Below the pieces are notes generated by a model, which saw nothing but the letters and a program-made list of their open reading frames with translations, had not been told where the DNA came from and did not search any database. Of a DNA stretch of 64,000 nucleotides, positions 47,959 through 58,408 are shown in pieces (position 1 is the stretch's first letter; each line of letters opens with the position of its first letter). Both the position numbers and the translations under genes were made by a program. The stretch is from Bryobacterales bacterium (GTDB lineage: Bacteria; Acidobacteriota; Terriglobia; Bryobacterales; UBA6623), in contig OY729428.2 in assembly GCA_963422375.2 (NCBI GenBank), positions 2,016,001 through 2,080,000 on the forward strand, read 5' to 3'.

Positions 47959-50052
47959 ATGGATCCGAGGATTCTCGCGACGGCTCTCACGCTCGCGCTC
48001 GCCGTCGTCCTGAACTGCGGCCCCAGTCCGGGCCCTCCGCCCCCAACTGAAGCATCCATGGTCGAGGAGGTGCTGCACGGAGTCACCGTTCGCGACCCGT
48101 ACCGTTGGCTGGAGGCAGCCGACAGCCCCGAGACCCGCGCCTGGATCGACAGCCAGACGGCCTACACGACCGCCTACCTGAAGCAGGTGGCGGCCCGCGA
48201 TGGCATCCGCGAGCGCATGGCGGAAATCCTGGCATCGGGCTCGATCTCTGCGCCCAGGGAGGCGGGCGGGCGGTACTTCTTCTCGCGCAGGGACGGCGAT
48301 CAAGACCAGCCCGTCGTGTACATGCGCGAGGGGATCGACGGCGAAGACAGGCCCCTGCTCGATCCCAACGCGATGAGCGACGACGGCACGACGACGGTCG
48401 ACTGGTACGTTCCCTCGAAGGACGGGTTGCTGCTGGCGTACGGCAAGTCCGTCGAAGGGACTGAGACCAGCACGATGTACATCCTCGACATCGCCGCGGG
48501 CGAGAACCTAGAGGACGAATTCCCGAAGGTGCGCTTCGCCAACCCGCAGTGGCTGGGGGACGGCTCGGGGTTCTACTATTCCCGGCCTCAGGACGTGGAA
48601 TCGATCGGTCCGGGCGAGGAGCTGTACGACCGGCGGGTGTACCGGCACGAGCTGGGGCGGCACTACAGCCAGGATCCGGTGGTATTCGGAGAGGATCTCG
48701 CAAGGGCCGAGATCCCCGACGCGGCCCTCAGCCACGACGGGCGCTACCTCCTGCTCGACACCTTTCTCGGCTGGGGACGAAACCACCTCTACGTCCGGGA
48801 TCTGAAGACCGGGCGCACCGCCACCATCGCCGAGGACGGGCAGTTCAGCTATACCGGCGAGATCGCCGACGGGACGCTCTATATGCTCACGAACGCGAAC
48901 GCGCCCAGGTACCGCGTGGTGGCTGTCGACCTGCGCGACCCGCGACCCCCGGCCTGGAGGACGGTCGTGCCCGAGGGCGACGCCGTAATCGAGATCGCGG
49001 CCGTGGCAGGGGGCCGGCTGTATGTCGTCAGCATGCGCGACGCGCACTCGGAATTGCATTCCTACGCGCTGGACGGCTCGGACAGGCGCGCGATTCCGCT
49101 GCCCGGTCTCGGCACGGTTGACGCTTTCTCGTCGAGGGCAGCGGCTAGCGAGGTCTTCCTATCGTTCAGTTCATTCGTGCAGGCTCCCGCGATCTACCGC
49201 ATCGACGGCGATCTTGCCGAGCCCGTCGTCTGGGAGAGGGTGGACTCGCCGGTCGATCCCGGCGCGTTCGATGTCCGCCAGGTCTTCTACGCCAGCAAGG
49301 ACGGCACCAGGATCCCGATGTATTTGATCGGGCGCTCGGGCCTGCCCGCGGACGGCAGCGTGCCCGGCCTGCTGTACGGCTACGGCGGTTTCAATATCGC
49401 CTTGACGCCCAGCTACTCGACATGGATCTTCCCGTGGATCGAAGCGGGCAACCTGCTGGCGATAGCTAACTTGCGCGGCGGGAACGAGTACGGCGAGGAA
49501 TGGCATCGCGCCGGCATGCTCGGGAACAAGCAGAACGTATTCGACGACTTCATCGCTGCGGGGGAATACCTGAAAGCCGAGGGGCTGGTCGATCCGAACC
49601 GCCTTGCGATTCACGGACGCAGCAATGGCGGCCTGCTGGTCGGAGCGGCCCTGACGCAGCGTCCGGATCTTTGGAGCGCAGCCGTTTCGGGCGTGCCGCT
49701 GCTCGACATGCTGCGGTACGACAAGTTCCGCATGGCCAAGCTCTGGGTCTCCGAGTACGGCAGCGCCGAGAATGCCGAGGACTTCGCGTGGCTCCACGCC
49801 TACTCGCCCTACCACCGGGTCGAGGACGGCACGGCCTATCCCGCGACGCTGATCTACACGGCGGACTCCGATTCCAGGGTGGATCCGATGCATGCGCGCA
49901 AGATGGTTGCCCGGTTGCAGGCCGCCAACGCGGGCGATGAGCCGGTCCTGCTGCGCTACGAAGACGCGGCCGGGCACGGCCGCGGCAAGCCCCTGCGCAA
50001 GATCGTCGACGAGTGGGCCGACATCTGGAGCTTTCTGTTCGCCCAGATCTAG
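47959..50052 (+). CDS. Prolyl oligopeptidase (S9A), exported
   Basis: DPYRWLE, YGYGGF, GRSNGG, DSRV, AGHG. Confidence 0.95.
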   Translation: MDPRILATALTLALAVVLNCGPSPGPPPPTEASMVEEVLHGVTVRDPYRWLEAADSPETRAWIDSQTAYTTAYLKQVAARDGIRERMAEILASGSISAPREAGGRYFFSRRDGDQDQPVVYMREGIDGEDRPLLDPNAMSDDGTTTVDWYVPSKDGLLLAYGKSVEGTETSTMYILDIAAGENLEDEFPKVRFANPQWLGDGSGFYYSRPQDVESIGPGEELYDRRVYRHELGRHYSQDPVVFGEDLARAEIPDAALSHDGRYLLLDTFLGWGRNHLYVRDLKTGRTATIAEDGQFSYTGEIADGTLYMLTNANAPRYRVVAVDLRDPRPPAWRTVVPEGDAVIEIAAVAGGRLYVVSMRDAHSELHSYALDGSDRRAIPLPGLGTVDAFSSRAAASEVFLSFSSFVQAPAIYRIDGDLAEPVVWERVDSPVDPGAFDVRQVFYASKDGTRIPMYLIGRSGLPADGSVPGLLYGYGGFNIALTPSYSTWIFPWIEAGNLLAIANLRGGNEYGEEWHRAGMLGNKQNVFDDFIAAGEYLKAEGLVDPNRLAIHGRSNGGLLVGAALTQRPDLWSAAVSGVPLLDMLRYDKFRMAKLWVSEYGSAENAEDFAWLHAYSPYHRVEDGTAYPATLIYTADSDSRVDPMHARKMVARLQAANAGDEPVLLRYEDAAGHGRGKPLRKIVDEWADIWSFLFAQI

Positions 50053-50081
50053 CGCTCGGGGCGGGATGATACGCTAGCGAG

Positions 50082-51788
50082 GTGCCCGAGAACCGGCTGC
50101 CGAGCGCCGCCGCAGAAGAAGAAGCGAGCGGGCCCGGCGCCGGGCCAGAGGCGGCAGCTGAGGCCGAGCACGCCGAAGTCGTGCGGCGGGCCGGCGTCGT
50201 GAGCGCGTTCGTGCTGCTGAGCCGGGTCACGGGGCTGGTGCGCGAGATCGTGTTCGCCGGCCTGTTCGGGGCCGGCATGCGGTACGACGCCTTCGTCGCG
50301 GCATTCCGGATTCCGAACCTTCTCCGGGACCTGCTGGCGGAGGGCGCCCTCTCGGCGGCCTTCATCACGACGTATTCGCGGAAGCTCTCGGAGAAGAGCC
50401 GGGAAGAGGCGTTCGCTCTGTCCAACCGGCTGGCCACCCTGCTGGTGCCGCTGGTGGCGGCGATTTGCCTAGCAGGGGCGTGGTTCGCTCCCTGGCTCGT
50501 CCGGCAGATCTTTCCCGGATACGCGGCCATCGAGGGGAAGTTCGACCTGACGGTCCTGCTGACCCGGATCATGATGCCCTTCCTGCTGTTCATCGCCTTG
50601 GCGGCGAAGGCGATGGGCGTGCTCAACTCCCACGGCACATACGGCATTCCCGCCCTTTCTTCCGCTTTCTTCAACGTCGTCTCGGTGACGGCGGGGCTGG
50701 CGCTGGGCTACCTGGCCGGGCCGGCGCTGGGGGTCGAGCCGATCGTGGGCATGGCGATCGGCACGCTGCTGGGCGGGTTCGTGCAATACGCCTGCCAGGT
50801 TCCGAGCCTGCGGGCGACTGGCCTACGGTTCCGCCCCATGGGCGGCATCAGGGATCCCGGAGTCCGCCAGGTCTTGCGCCTGATGGGACCGGCCGCGATC
50901 GGGGCGGCGGCCGTGCAGGTCAACGTGATGGTCAACAGCGTCTTCGCCTCGCGGGTGACGGACGACGCCGGGCAGATCATCGACGGGCCGGTATCGTGGC
51001 TGGGCTATTCGTTCCGGTTCATGCAAATGCCCCTGGGCCTGTTCGGCATCGCGATCGGATCGGCGCTGCTGCCGATGATCGCCCAGGCGGCGGCGGCCGG
51101 CGAGACCGCCAAGTTCCGGCACTTGCTCTCGCGCTCCCTCGGCTTGGTGTTCCTCCTCACCATTCCGTCGGCGGCCGGGCTGTTCGCCCTCAGCCGGCCG
51201 CTGATCGGCATCGTCTACGAGCGCGGCCAGTTCGTCGCCTTCGACACCGAGCAGACCGCCGTCGCCCTGTCGTTCTACTGCCTCGGCTTGGTCGGGTACG
51301 CGGCCACGAAGGTCCTCACGCCCGCGTTCTACGCGCTGCAAGACGTGCGGGTCCCGATGACCGTGTCCGTCCTGTCGATCCTGCTGAACTTCACCCTGAA
51401 CAAGGTGTTCATCGACGTTCTCGGATTGGGTCACTGGTCCCTTGCGCTGTCCACGTCGCTGGTCGCGACACTCAACTTCTCAATCCTCCTGAGCGTCATG
51501 CGCTCGAGGATCGGAGGCATCCACGGCGAGCACCTCGCGGCCTCGGGCCTCCGGATCGCGGCCGTGTCGGGCCCAATGGGCGCCTGCTGCTGGGGCGGCG
51601 CGCGCTGGGTCGAAGCGGCGCTGGGCCCGGGCACTTTCGCCGGGCGATTCGCGGCGGTCGCGGTCGGCGTGCCGCTGGGCCTCGGCGTGCTCTACGGCGT
51701 ATTCCGGGCGCTCAACCTGCCCGAATACGAGACCGTTCGGACGGTCGTCCGCGAGCGGCTCGCGAAGGGATGGAACCGGGACCGCTAG
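50082..51788 (+). CDS. murJ: Lipid II flippase MurJ (MviN)
   Basis: SRVTGLVRE, AFRIPNLLRDLLAEGALSAAF, FMQMPLG, YERGQF. Confidence 0.95.
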   Translation: MPENRLPSAAAEEEASGPGAGPEAAAEAEHAEVVRRAGVVSAFVLLSRVTGLVREIVFAGLFGAGMRYDAFVAAFRIPNLLRDLLAEGALSAAFITTYSRKLSEKSREEAFALSNRLATLLVPLVAAICLAGAWFAPWLVRQIFPGYAAIEGKFDLTVLLTRIMMPFLLFIALAAKAMGVLNSHGTYGIPALSSAFFNVVSVTAGLALGYLAGPALGVEPIVGMAIGTLLGGFVQYACQVPSLRATGLRFRPMGGIRDPGVRQVLRLMGPAAIGAAAVQVNVMVNSVFASRVTDDAGQIIDGPVSWLGYSFRFMQMPLGLFGIAIGSALLPMIAQAAAAGETAKFRHLLSRSLGLVFLLTIPSAAGLFALSRPLIGIVYERGQFVAFDTEQTAVALSFYCLGLVGYAATKVLTPAFYALQDVRVPMTVSVLSILLNFTLNKVFIDVLGLGHWSLALSTSLVATLNFSILLSVMRSRIGGIHGEHLAASGLRIAAVSGPMGACCWGGARWVEAALGPGTFAGRFAAVAVGVPLGLGVLYGVFRALNLPEYETVRTVVRERLAKGWNRDR

Positions 51789-52573
51789 CTCGGCGGAGCG
51801 CCAGTATCGAGCTCCGCGGGAGGCGGCAGGGGAGGAAACGCCTTGAGCGCCTCCTGCAAGTCGGACGGCAGATCCTCGTACGATTTCATTAGGGCATCCG
51901 TCGTGACGGTCCCGCTCTCGCGGACCGCGTTCCCGTGCAGGGTGTCGAGCGCGGCGCCGAACTCGGTGTCGCGGGAGAACTCCGGGGGAGATCCGAAGAG
52001 CAGCAGCCGGAGGCTGTCGGTGAGCCGCTCCGCCCAAATGCGCGCCAGCAGCTTGGCGTCTTCGGTCTCGGACAGGATCATGTCGTCCGACGTGACCGCC
52101 ACGATTTCCTGCGCCACCTCGGCATCGGCTGTCTCCTTCTGCAAGATGCGCGGCATCCCGCCATCGGCTCCGGTGTCGATCGTGATGACGCGCCCCGGCG
52201 TCTCGGCCAGCTCCCCGACCACCTCGTTGAGGCTCTCAACCACCTGCTTCGCCCGGGTCGCCCCGGCGCCTCCGGCCATAGGATCGCTGATCTCGAACAG
52301 CGTCAGCGGGCCGAGCTGGATCGCGATCGGCACGCCAGCCGTCAGGCCCTGGTTGGGAAGGAGCTCGTACCGCGCGTCCGGGACCTCGAGCGTCAGGGCC
52401 GAGGGAGCGTGCTGCAGGAAGACCACGGCCGCGACGACCGCCAGGGCGAGGCCTAGGGCGATGATGGAAACCGGCTTCGACAGCGGCTGGCGCTTCACGC
52501 CTGCCTTGAGCGCCTCGAATTCAGATCCCCGTGACGGGACGTCCGCGGACGGCGATGGCTGCGGTTCCGACAT
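51785..52573 (-). CDS. Hypothetical membrane-anchored protein
   Basis: One N-terminal TM followed by an acidic soluble domain; coding-like codon use. Confidence 0.7.
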   Translation of the reverse strand: MSEPQPSPSADVPSRGSEFEALKAGVKRQPLSKPVSIIALGLALAVVAAVVFLQHAPSALTLEVPDARYELLPNQGLTAGVPIAIQLGPLTLFEISDPMAGGAGATRAKQVVESLNEVVGELAETPGRVITIDTGADGGMPRILQKETADAEVAQEIVAVTSDDMILSETEDAKLLARIWAERLTDSLRLLLFGSPPEFSRDTEFGAALDTLHGNAVRESGTVTTDALMKSYEDLPSDLQEALKAFPPLPPPAELDTGAPPS

Positions 52574-52739
52574 CTAGCGATTCGCGCCCGATCTCTCATT
52601 GTGACCGCTGCGGGCGCGAATGTCGAATGGGTAGGCCGGGGCGCTCGGCGGGCTGTGGGCGATCCGCAATAGCGGCGGGTGGAGGTGCGGGGAAGGAGCG
52701 TACAATGGCGGCGCGGGCGCTGCCCGGCAAGCCGATTCC

Positions 52740-53621
52740 ATGCGCGCCGATCCCTCCCTCCGGAACGCGCCCCGCCCGGTGCCGGTCTACCGGGCGGAGG
52801 CGCGAACCATACTCAGTCGAACTAGGGGGTTCATCGCCCGGGCCGGCTTCACCCACTCGCTGAATCCGGCCCGGAATTGCGTCTACGGCTGCACCTACTG
52901 CTACGTGCCGACCTTGCGCGTTTACGGGGGACTGAAGGCCGCCGACTGGCAGCGGTGGGGCCGCCACACTACGTACAAGGCTAACGCCGCCGAGCTGCTG
53001 CGGCGCGAACTCCGGCCCGGGCAGCTGATCTACTGCTCGCCGCTGGTGGACCCGTATCAGCCCGCCGAGGCATCGGAGCGCGCGATGCCCGCCCTGCTCG
53101 AGGCGCTGTGCGCCAGCCCCCCGGCAGCATTCGCGCTGCAAACCCGCGGGACGCTAGCGCTGCGCGACACCGGCCTGCTGCGCCGCTTGGCGAACCGGAC
53201 CCGGCTGCGGATCAGCTTCTCGCTCACCACCGACCGCGACGACGTGCGCCGACTCTACGAGCCGCACTGCGAGTCGATCAACGCACGGGTGCGCGCCATG
53301 AGGCAGCTCGCGGGCGCGGGGCTCGCCGTGCACTGCACGTTGGCACCGATCCTGCCGTGCGATCCCCGGCGCCTGGCCGACCTCGCGCTGCAGTCAACTG
53401 GCCGGGACGTGATCGCCGATCCGCTGCACAGCCGCGAGGGCAAGCCGCAGGGCGCGACCACGCGGGCCGAGGGCCTGCGCGTCAGCGAGGCGCAAGGCTT
53501 CCGCGAGTGGCACAGTCCCGCGTTCCAAGCCGAGGTCGTGGCTAGGATCCGCTCGCGGGTCGAGGCCGCCGGGCGGGCGCTGGGCGTCGGCGAGGAGGGC
53601 TTCCGCATTCTGGCTCGTTGA
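52740..53621 (+). CDS. Radical SAM protein, spore-photoproduct-lyase-like (Rv2578c-type)
   Basis: SLNPARNCVYGCTYCY (CxxxCxxC), DPYQPAE, LQTR, YEP. Confidence 0.85.
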   Translation: MRADPSLRNAPRPVPVYRAEARTILSRTRGFIARAGFTHSLNPARNCVYGCTYCYVPTLRVYGGLKAADWQRWGRHTTYKANAAELLRRELRPGQLIYCSPLVDPYQPAEASERAMPALLEALCASPPAAFALQTRGTLALRDTGLLRRLANRTRLRISFSLTTDRDDVRRLYEPHCESINARVRAMRQLAGAGLAVHCTLAPILPCDPRRLADLALQSTGRDVIADPLHSREGKPQGATTRAEGLRVSEAQGFREWHSPAFQAEVVARIRSRVEAAGRALGVGEEGFRILAR

Positions 53622-54078
53622 GAAGCCGGCGGGGAGGGCGGGCATTCGTGCGAGCCAACCCAGGCGATTCGGCCGCTGCACGCAGGCAGCATGTCACAGC
53701 GCGGCGGCCGCCGCGGAGGGGCGGACCGAGGAACGGCCGGTCAGTTCAAGCCGACGAGTCGAGGCCTGATCCAGCAGTCCCCGAGAAACGCTCGGATCGC
53801 GGTATGCATCGCAACGAGAGCGAACAAGAGTAGCCGCTCGGGCCGGTGCGAGGCTCGGCGCGTAGCAAGAACTCAGCAATGCCGCGGACTTCCTCCGGTA
53901 TGCGCTGCATTGGGTTGCGGTTGCGGCGCCGTTCGCATGGCCCGCGGCGACAATCTCGCTGGATGACAGCTCGTTCGGCGGGCGGTCGAGACCCGCGCGG
54001 CCGCCCGAACCAGCAGCCCAAGACGTCTCGACTTCGGTTGCTCCGGGCGGAGTAGGGCGTGGTCAGTACAATCGGGAC

Positions 54079-54405
54079 GTGCGGGTTCGTCTCGTCAAAA
54101 TCGCTCATGCGCGCTCCGGCGACAAGGGCGACACCGCCAACATCGGACTCATCGCGATCGAGCCTCGCCACTACCCGGCGATACTGCGGGAAGTCACGCC
54201 CGCACGGGTCAAGGCGCATTTCGGCACGCTCTGCCGGGGGCCTGTGGAGCGGTTTGAGCTTCCGAACATCGGGGCTGTCAACTTCCTGTTGCACGGAGCC
54301 CTTGCTGGCGGCGGCACGCTGTCGCTGCGCACCGATGCCCAGGGCAAGACGCTGGGGGCGGCCCTGCTGCGCCTGGAGGTCGAGGTCTCCGCCGACGAGC
54401 TCTGA
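54079..54405 (+). CDS. AtuA-related small ferredoxin-fold protein
   Basis: AHARSGDKGDTANIG, VERFELP, LAGGG..SLRTDAQGK. Confidence 0.85.
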   Translation: MRVRLVKIAHARSGDKGDTANIGLIAIEPRHYPAILREVTPARVKAHFGTLCRGPVERFELPNIGAVNFLLHGALAGGGTLSLRTDAQGKTLGAALLRLEVEVSADEL

Positions 54406-54486
54406 GCGAGGCCCGGGCGGAATCGCGGAGCTGCGCCGACGGCGCGCCTCCACTGTGCTAGCGTGAGAAATAGAGAAGACAAGCAA

Positions 54487-56160
54487 TTGAGCAAGGAACT
54501 CCGAGTCATCCCTATCGGCGGCTTGGGCGAGTTCGGCATGAACATGATGGCGCTGGAAAGCGGCGCCGACATGATCCTGATCGACGCCGGCACTTCGTTC
54601 CCGGGTCCGGAGCGCCCGGGTATCGATGTCGTCGTGCCCGACCTAGAGTACGTTCTGGCCAACCGCCAGAAAGTGCGCGGCCTAGTCCTCACCCACGCCC
54701 ATCTGGACCACATCGGCGCGGTCCCCTACGTCTTGGAGCAGTTGCAGGTACCCGTCTACGGCACTGCCTTCACCTTGGGCTTGGTGCGCAAGCAGCTGTC
54801 CGAGTTCACCCTGCAGAACCCGGCGAAGTTGACCACCGTCAGCCCCGGCGAGGCGTTCTCGCTCGGCTGCTTCGCAATCGAGGGCATCCACGTTACGCAC
54901 AGCACGGTGCAGTGCATGGCCTTGGCGATCTCGACCCCGGCCGGATGCGTCCTGCACACGGGCGACTTCAAGATCGACCAGACCCCGGTGGACGGTCGCG
55001 AGTTCGACTTCGCGAAGTTCGCCGAGTACGGCCGGCGCGGCGTCCTGCTGCTCTGCTCGGACTCCACGAACGCCGACGTGAGCGGCTTCAGCAAGTCGGA
55101 ACGCGCTGCCGGCGCGGCGCTGGACCGCGTCTTCGCCGAAGCGAAGCACGCCCTTTTTTTTACCTGCTTCTCGTCCGCCACGCACCGCATCCAGCAGATC
55201 GTTGACCATGCGGTTTCCTACCGGCGCAAGCTGGCCTTCGTCGGTCGCAGCGTGGCGCGATCCTGCGACATCGCGAGGGACCTCGGACTGCTCAAGATTC
55301 CTCCGGGAACCGTGGTCCGCCCGCAAGACTTGAAGTCCTACCGGCGTCTCGACCGGGTCACCGTGATCGCCGGATCGCAAGGAGAGCCCCTGTCGTCGCT
55401 GTCTCGGGCCTCGCTAGGCCGGCACAATACCGCTGAAATCCTCGAAGGCGACACCGTTGCGTTCAGCGCCAAGATGATTCCCGGCAACGAGACCACCATC
55501 AACCGCATGGTGGACCACCTGTACCGCCGGGGCGCGAAAGTCCTGTACGGCGACGCCTTGCCGGATCTGCACGTAACCGGCCATCCCTGCCGGGAGGAGC
55601 TCAAGCTGCTGCTCAATCTCGTGCGGCCGCGCTATTTCGTGCCGATTCACGGCGATTACCGCCAGCTGGCCCGGCACCGGCTGCTGGCGAGGGCGGTCCG
55701 CGGCTCGAAGTTGGACGAAGCGATCCTTCTCGAGAACGGCCAGGTGCTGCAGTTCGACGAGTTCGGCGCCCGCGTGCTGGAAGATAAGGTTCCCGTGGGC
55801 CATCGCCTCATCGACGCGGGGACGGGCGGCGAGGTACTGGCGGACGCGGTCATGCGCGACCGGCGACGGCTCTCCGAATTCGGGATTCTCCTTCCGGTGG
55901 TCACGGTCGACGAACGCAAGGGGGAGGCGACCAACGTCGAGATCATTTCTCGCGGCTTCGTCGATTCCGGACAAGTGGGAGAGATTGCGGACGGTGCCGC
56001 GGATGCGATTCGAAGCGCGGTCGTGCGATGCACGGCAGAGGAGCGCGGAGACCTCGGCGTGATGGAAGCGAGAATACGGGATTCGGTCCGGCGCTTCATC
56101 GCTCGCAAGACCTCGCGCCAGAGCCAGCCGCTGGTCGTGCCGGTGCTGCTCGAAGGATAG
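54487..56160 (+). CDS. rnj: Ribonuclease J
   Basis: PIGGLGEFGMN, THAHLDHIG, HTGDFKID, DSTNA, GSQGEP, HVTGH. Start TTG 54487 or GTG 54463. Confidence 0.95.
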   Translation: MSKELRVIPIGGLGEFGMNMMALESGADMILIDAGTSFPGPERPGIDVVVPDLEYVLANRQKVRGLVLTHAHLDHIGAVPYVLEQLQVPVYGTAFTLGLVRKQLSEFTLQNPAKLTTVSPGEAFSLGCFAIEGIHVTHSTVQCMALAISTPAGCVLHTGDFKIDQTPVDGREFDFAKFAEYGRRGVLLLCSDSTNADVSGFSKSERAAGAALDRVFAEAKHALFFTCFSSATHRIQQIVDHAVSYRRKLAFVGRSVARSCDIARDLGLLKIPPGTVVRPQDLKSYRRLDRVTVIAGSQGEPLSSLSRASLGRHNTAEILEGDTVAFSAKMIPGNETTINRMVDHLYRRGAKVLYGDALPDLHVTGHPCREELKLLLNLVRPRYFVPIHGDYRQLARHRLLARAVRGSKLDEAILLENGQVLQFDEFGARVLEDKVPVGHRLIDAGTGGEVLADAVMRDRRRLSEFGILLPVVTVDERKGEATNVEIISRGFVDSGQVGEIADGAADAIRSAVVRCTAEERGDLGVMEARIRDSVRRFIARKTSRQSQPLVVPVLLEG

Positions 56161-56262
56161 GGCGGCGGCAGGCCGACCACTCCTCACCCTCGCGGCACGA
56201 GGCGCTGCAGGCGATTCCACTCGTCGAGGTACTCCCGCCGATGCTCGTTGCCTTCCTGCAGT

Positions 56263-57531
56263 TCACTTAGGACTTTGATCGATATTAAGTTTCCAACTTC
56301 GTCGTGGATGTAGTTCGTAGTTCCAATCACCGTGGAACTCGTTCCGATGGAGCGACAGGGCGTCCATCTTCGCCTTCGTTACTGCCTCACCGGTCGGGTA
56401 CTTTCTATTGTCAAGTTCGGCTTTGACCGGAAGGCCGGCGGCTGTGCGCGTACCGCCGATCAAGTCGACAACGGTCTCAAATGTACGCAGTGGCTTGCCT
56501 CGCCAATTCTGCGTGACGTGGCAGAACAGGCGGCGCTCAATCTTATGCCATGGACTGGTCCCCGGCGGGAAGCGGCTGACGTGGATGCGAAGACATGTCC
56601 GGTCAGCGAACTTCTGCAGCCGATGCTTCCAGGCGCGAGAGCGATACCCGTTGCTACCGCCCGCATCGGCAGCGATGAACAGCTCGCCAGCCTCGGGGTA
56701 GCGGCGCTTCCCCGTCTCGTTCCACCACCGTCGCAGCGAGGCCGCGGCAAACGCGGGCGTGTCGTGATCACGTCCGACATGCACCCAGGCTTCGTTGCGC
56801 CCCATGTCATGGATGCCATACGGCATCGCTTTGCCGGACGAGTCCTTGGGAAAATCATGCACCAGTGATTTCCCGGGGCTCCCCTGCGGTTGCCATGCCC
56901 GCCCGCCGTTCTTGAATTCACCCGCCAGTTCCTTCTTCTCGGTGTCGACCGAGACCACTGGCTGACAACGTTGCGGGAAATCATCCGCCTTCGTATGGAT
57001 GTGCTCGAACTGCGCGTCCCGGTCGGGGCGGGTTGTCCCTTCGAGACTCTTGCGCACCGATTGCAGGCTGCAGCCAAGCTCGTGCAGTGAACCGCTCGCC
57101 GTCGTCGAACTCACCTGCCAACCCGCCTGCGACAACGCCGCCTGCGACAACGCCGCGGTGAGCTTCGCCCGACTCTTGCATGTCCAGCGCAACGGCGACT
57201 CCGGGTCACCGCGCGTCAACGGGTCGACCAGCTTCTCCAGCGCTTGCTCGATGCCCGGCCGCGACTGCTCGATGCCGGGCCGGGCGGCGCCCGGGCGGCG
57301 TATCCGACCGCGTTCAACACTGCCGGATTCCAGCTCTCGACGCCCCGCGCGGATGGCGCGGACGGTCGGGCGCGACAACCCAGTCGCGTCCGATACCAGC
57401 GCATCTCCCCCATACCCGATGGCACGCGACTCCGTCGCCGCCCATAGCCGACGCCCGCGCTCGTCGAGAAACGCTTCCACCGCCGCGTACTGCTCAACAA
57501 TTGTCGCTTCGAGTTCAAGATTGCGTCTCAT
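56263..57531 (-). CDS. ISAzo13-family transposase (Rhodopirellula-type DDE), degenerate
   Basis: LDERGRRLWA, TRGDPESPLRWTCKS, DRDAQF, SVDTEKKE, ADAGGSNG, PPGTS, FHGDWNY; contains a 15-bp internal tandem duplication (AALSQ twice). Confidence 0.88.
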   Translation of the reverse strand: MRRNLELEATIVEQYAAVEAFLDERGRRLWAATESRAIGYGGDALVSDATGLSRPTVRAIRAGRRELESGSVERGRIRRPGAARPGIEQSRPGIEQALEKLVDPLTRGDPESPLRWTCKSRAKLTAALSQAALSQAGWQVSSTTASGSLHELGCSLQSVRKSLEGTTRPDRDAQFEHIHTKADDFPQRCQPVVSVDTEKKELAGEFKNGGRAWQPQGSPGKSLVHDFPKDSSGKAMPYGIHDMGRNEAWVHVGRDHDTPAFAAASLRRWWNETGKRRYPEAGELFIAADAGGSNGYRSRAWKHRLQKFADRTCLRIHVSRFPPGTSPWHKIERRLFCHVTQNWRGKPLRTFETVVDLIGGTRTAAGLPVKAELDNRKYPTGEAVTKAKMDALSLHRNEFHGDWNYELHPRRSWKLNIDQSPK

Positions 57532-57586
57532 CGGATGATGAGAACACAAAACTCAGAACATGGAAATCTGATTTCCGACAACGCCC
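56270..57586 (-). mobile_element. ISAzo13-family element, 1317 bp
   Basis: 3-bp TSD tta at 56267-56269 and 57587-57589; imperfect terminal IRs sharing an inner tttcca; removing the element restores the exonuclease frame (CAG CTA AGT). Confidence 0.88.
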
Positions 57587-58408
57587 TTAGCTGCTGCTGC
57601 TCGTCACGATATTCCGCGTCCGAGACGTGCCCGGCTAGGTGAGCCGTGCGCAGCCACACGAGATAGGTGGTCAGCGCGTCGTGTTCGTTGTACTTGACAA
57701 TCCGTTCGAGTTTCCCGTCGAGCCAGGCCTGGGCGATGTCGCCGCCGTCGAAGCCCAGCTTCCCGGGAATGCCCGAGAGGGTGGCGATCTGATTCAGTGA
57801 GGGCGCAGCGTTCCCGTACGGACTCACGACCGACATCAGGTCGACATGCCAATCCGTCGTCCTGGCGAAATAGTCGGTCCCCTCCCAAGGCTTCTCGGGC
57901 CGACTGCAGAACCGCTCCGCCCGGATGCCGTTGACGATCGCCCTCTGGACGAGAATCGCAAGGTCGGATCCCTGCGAGTTGTAGCCGACGAGCCGCGGCC
58001 GGCACCGACCCACGCTGCTGAGGAACTTCCTGAGGATAGCGGCCTCCCGGCATTCGTCCGGTTCTCGGGGGTCCTTGGGCTGGGAGCGCAGATCAAGCGC
58101 GAGCCGACCGCTTTCGGTGCGTTGGCGCCTGACCATGGCGACCGAGAACCCGGTACAGGAGCGTGCGCAGAAACGGCCTGGGATTGTCGTCCGTGGCGCC
58201 GTTCCGCCGCCACATCTCGTCGAGAACCTCGCTGTCCGGCAGATTTTCCGGCAGGTCGTAGAGCAGCCGGCCCGCCGCCGGGTCGGGCACCCATTCGACA
58301 TCGAAGGCCCAAACCTCCTGCATGACCTGCCTGAACATGGTCTCTGCTCGCTCCAGTCCTCGCCGCCCGACGGGCCGGCGCGCCGCTCCGGCCGTTCCGC
58401 CGCCGCCG

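Larger units (their letters stand above)
56184..58338 (-). pseudogene. Predicted 3'-5' exonuclease (PolB-exonuclease-like), frameshifted and IS-interrupted
   Basis: WAFDVEW (Exo I), VGYNSQGSD (Exo II), YNEHDALTTY (Exo III); frameshift near 58150; the C-terminus SELQEGNEHRREYLDEWNRL lies at 56184-56269 beyond the IS. Confidence 0.85.

Noticed and set aside
55154..55161. T8 run in rnj as a phase-variation tract
   Set aside because: Short, in frame (Leu-Phe-Phe) and in a housekeeping gene.
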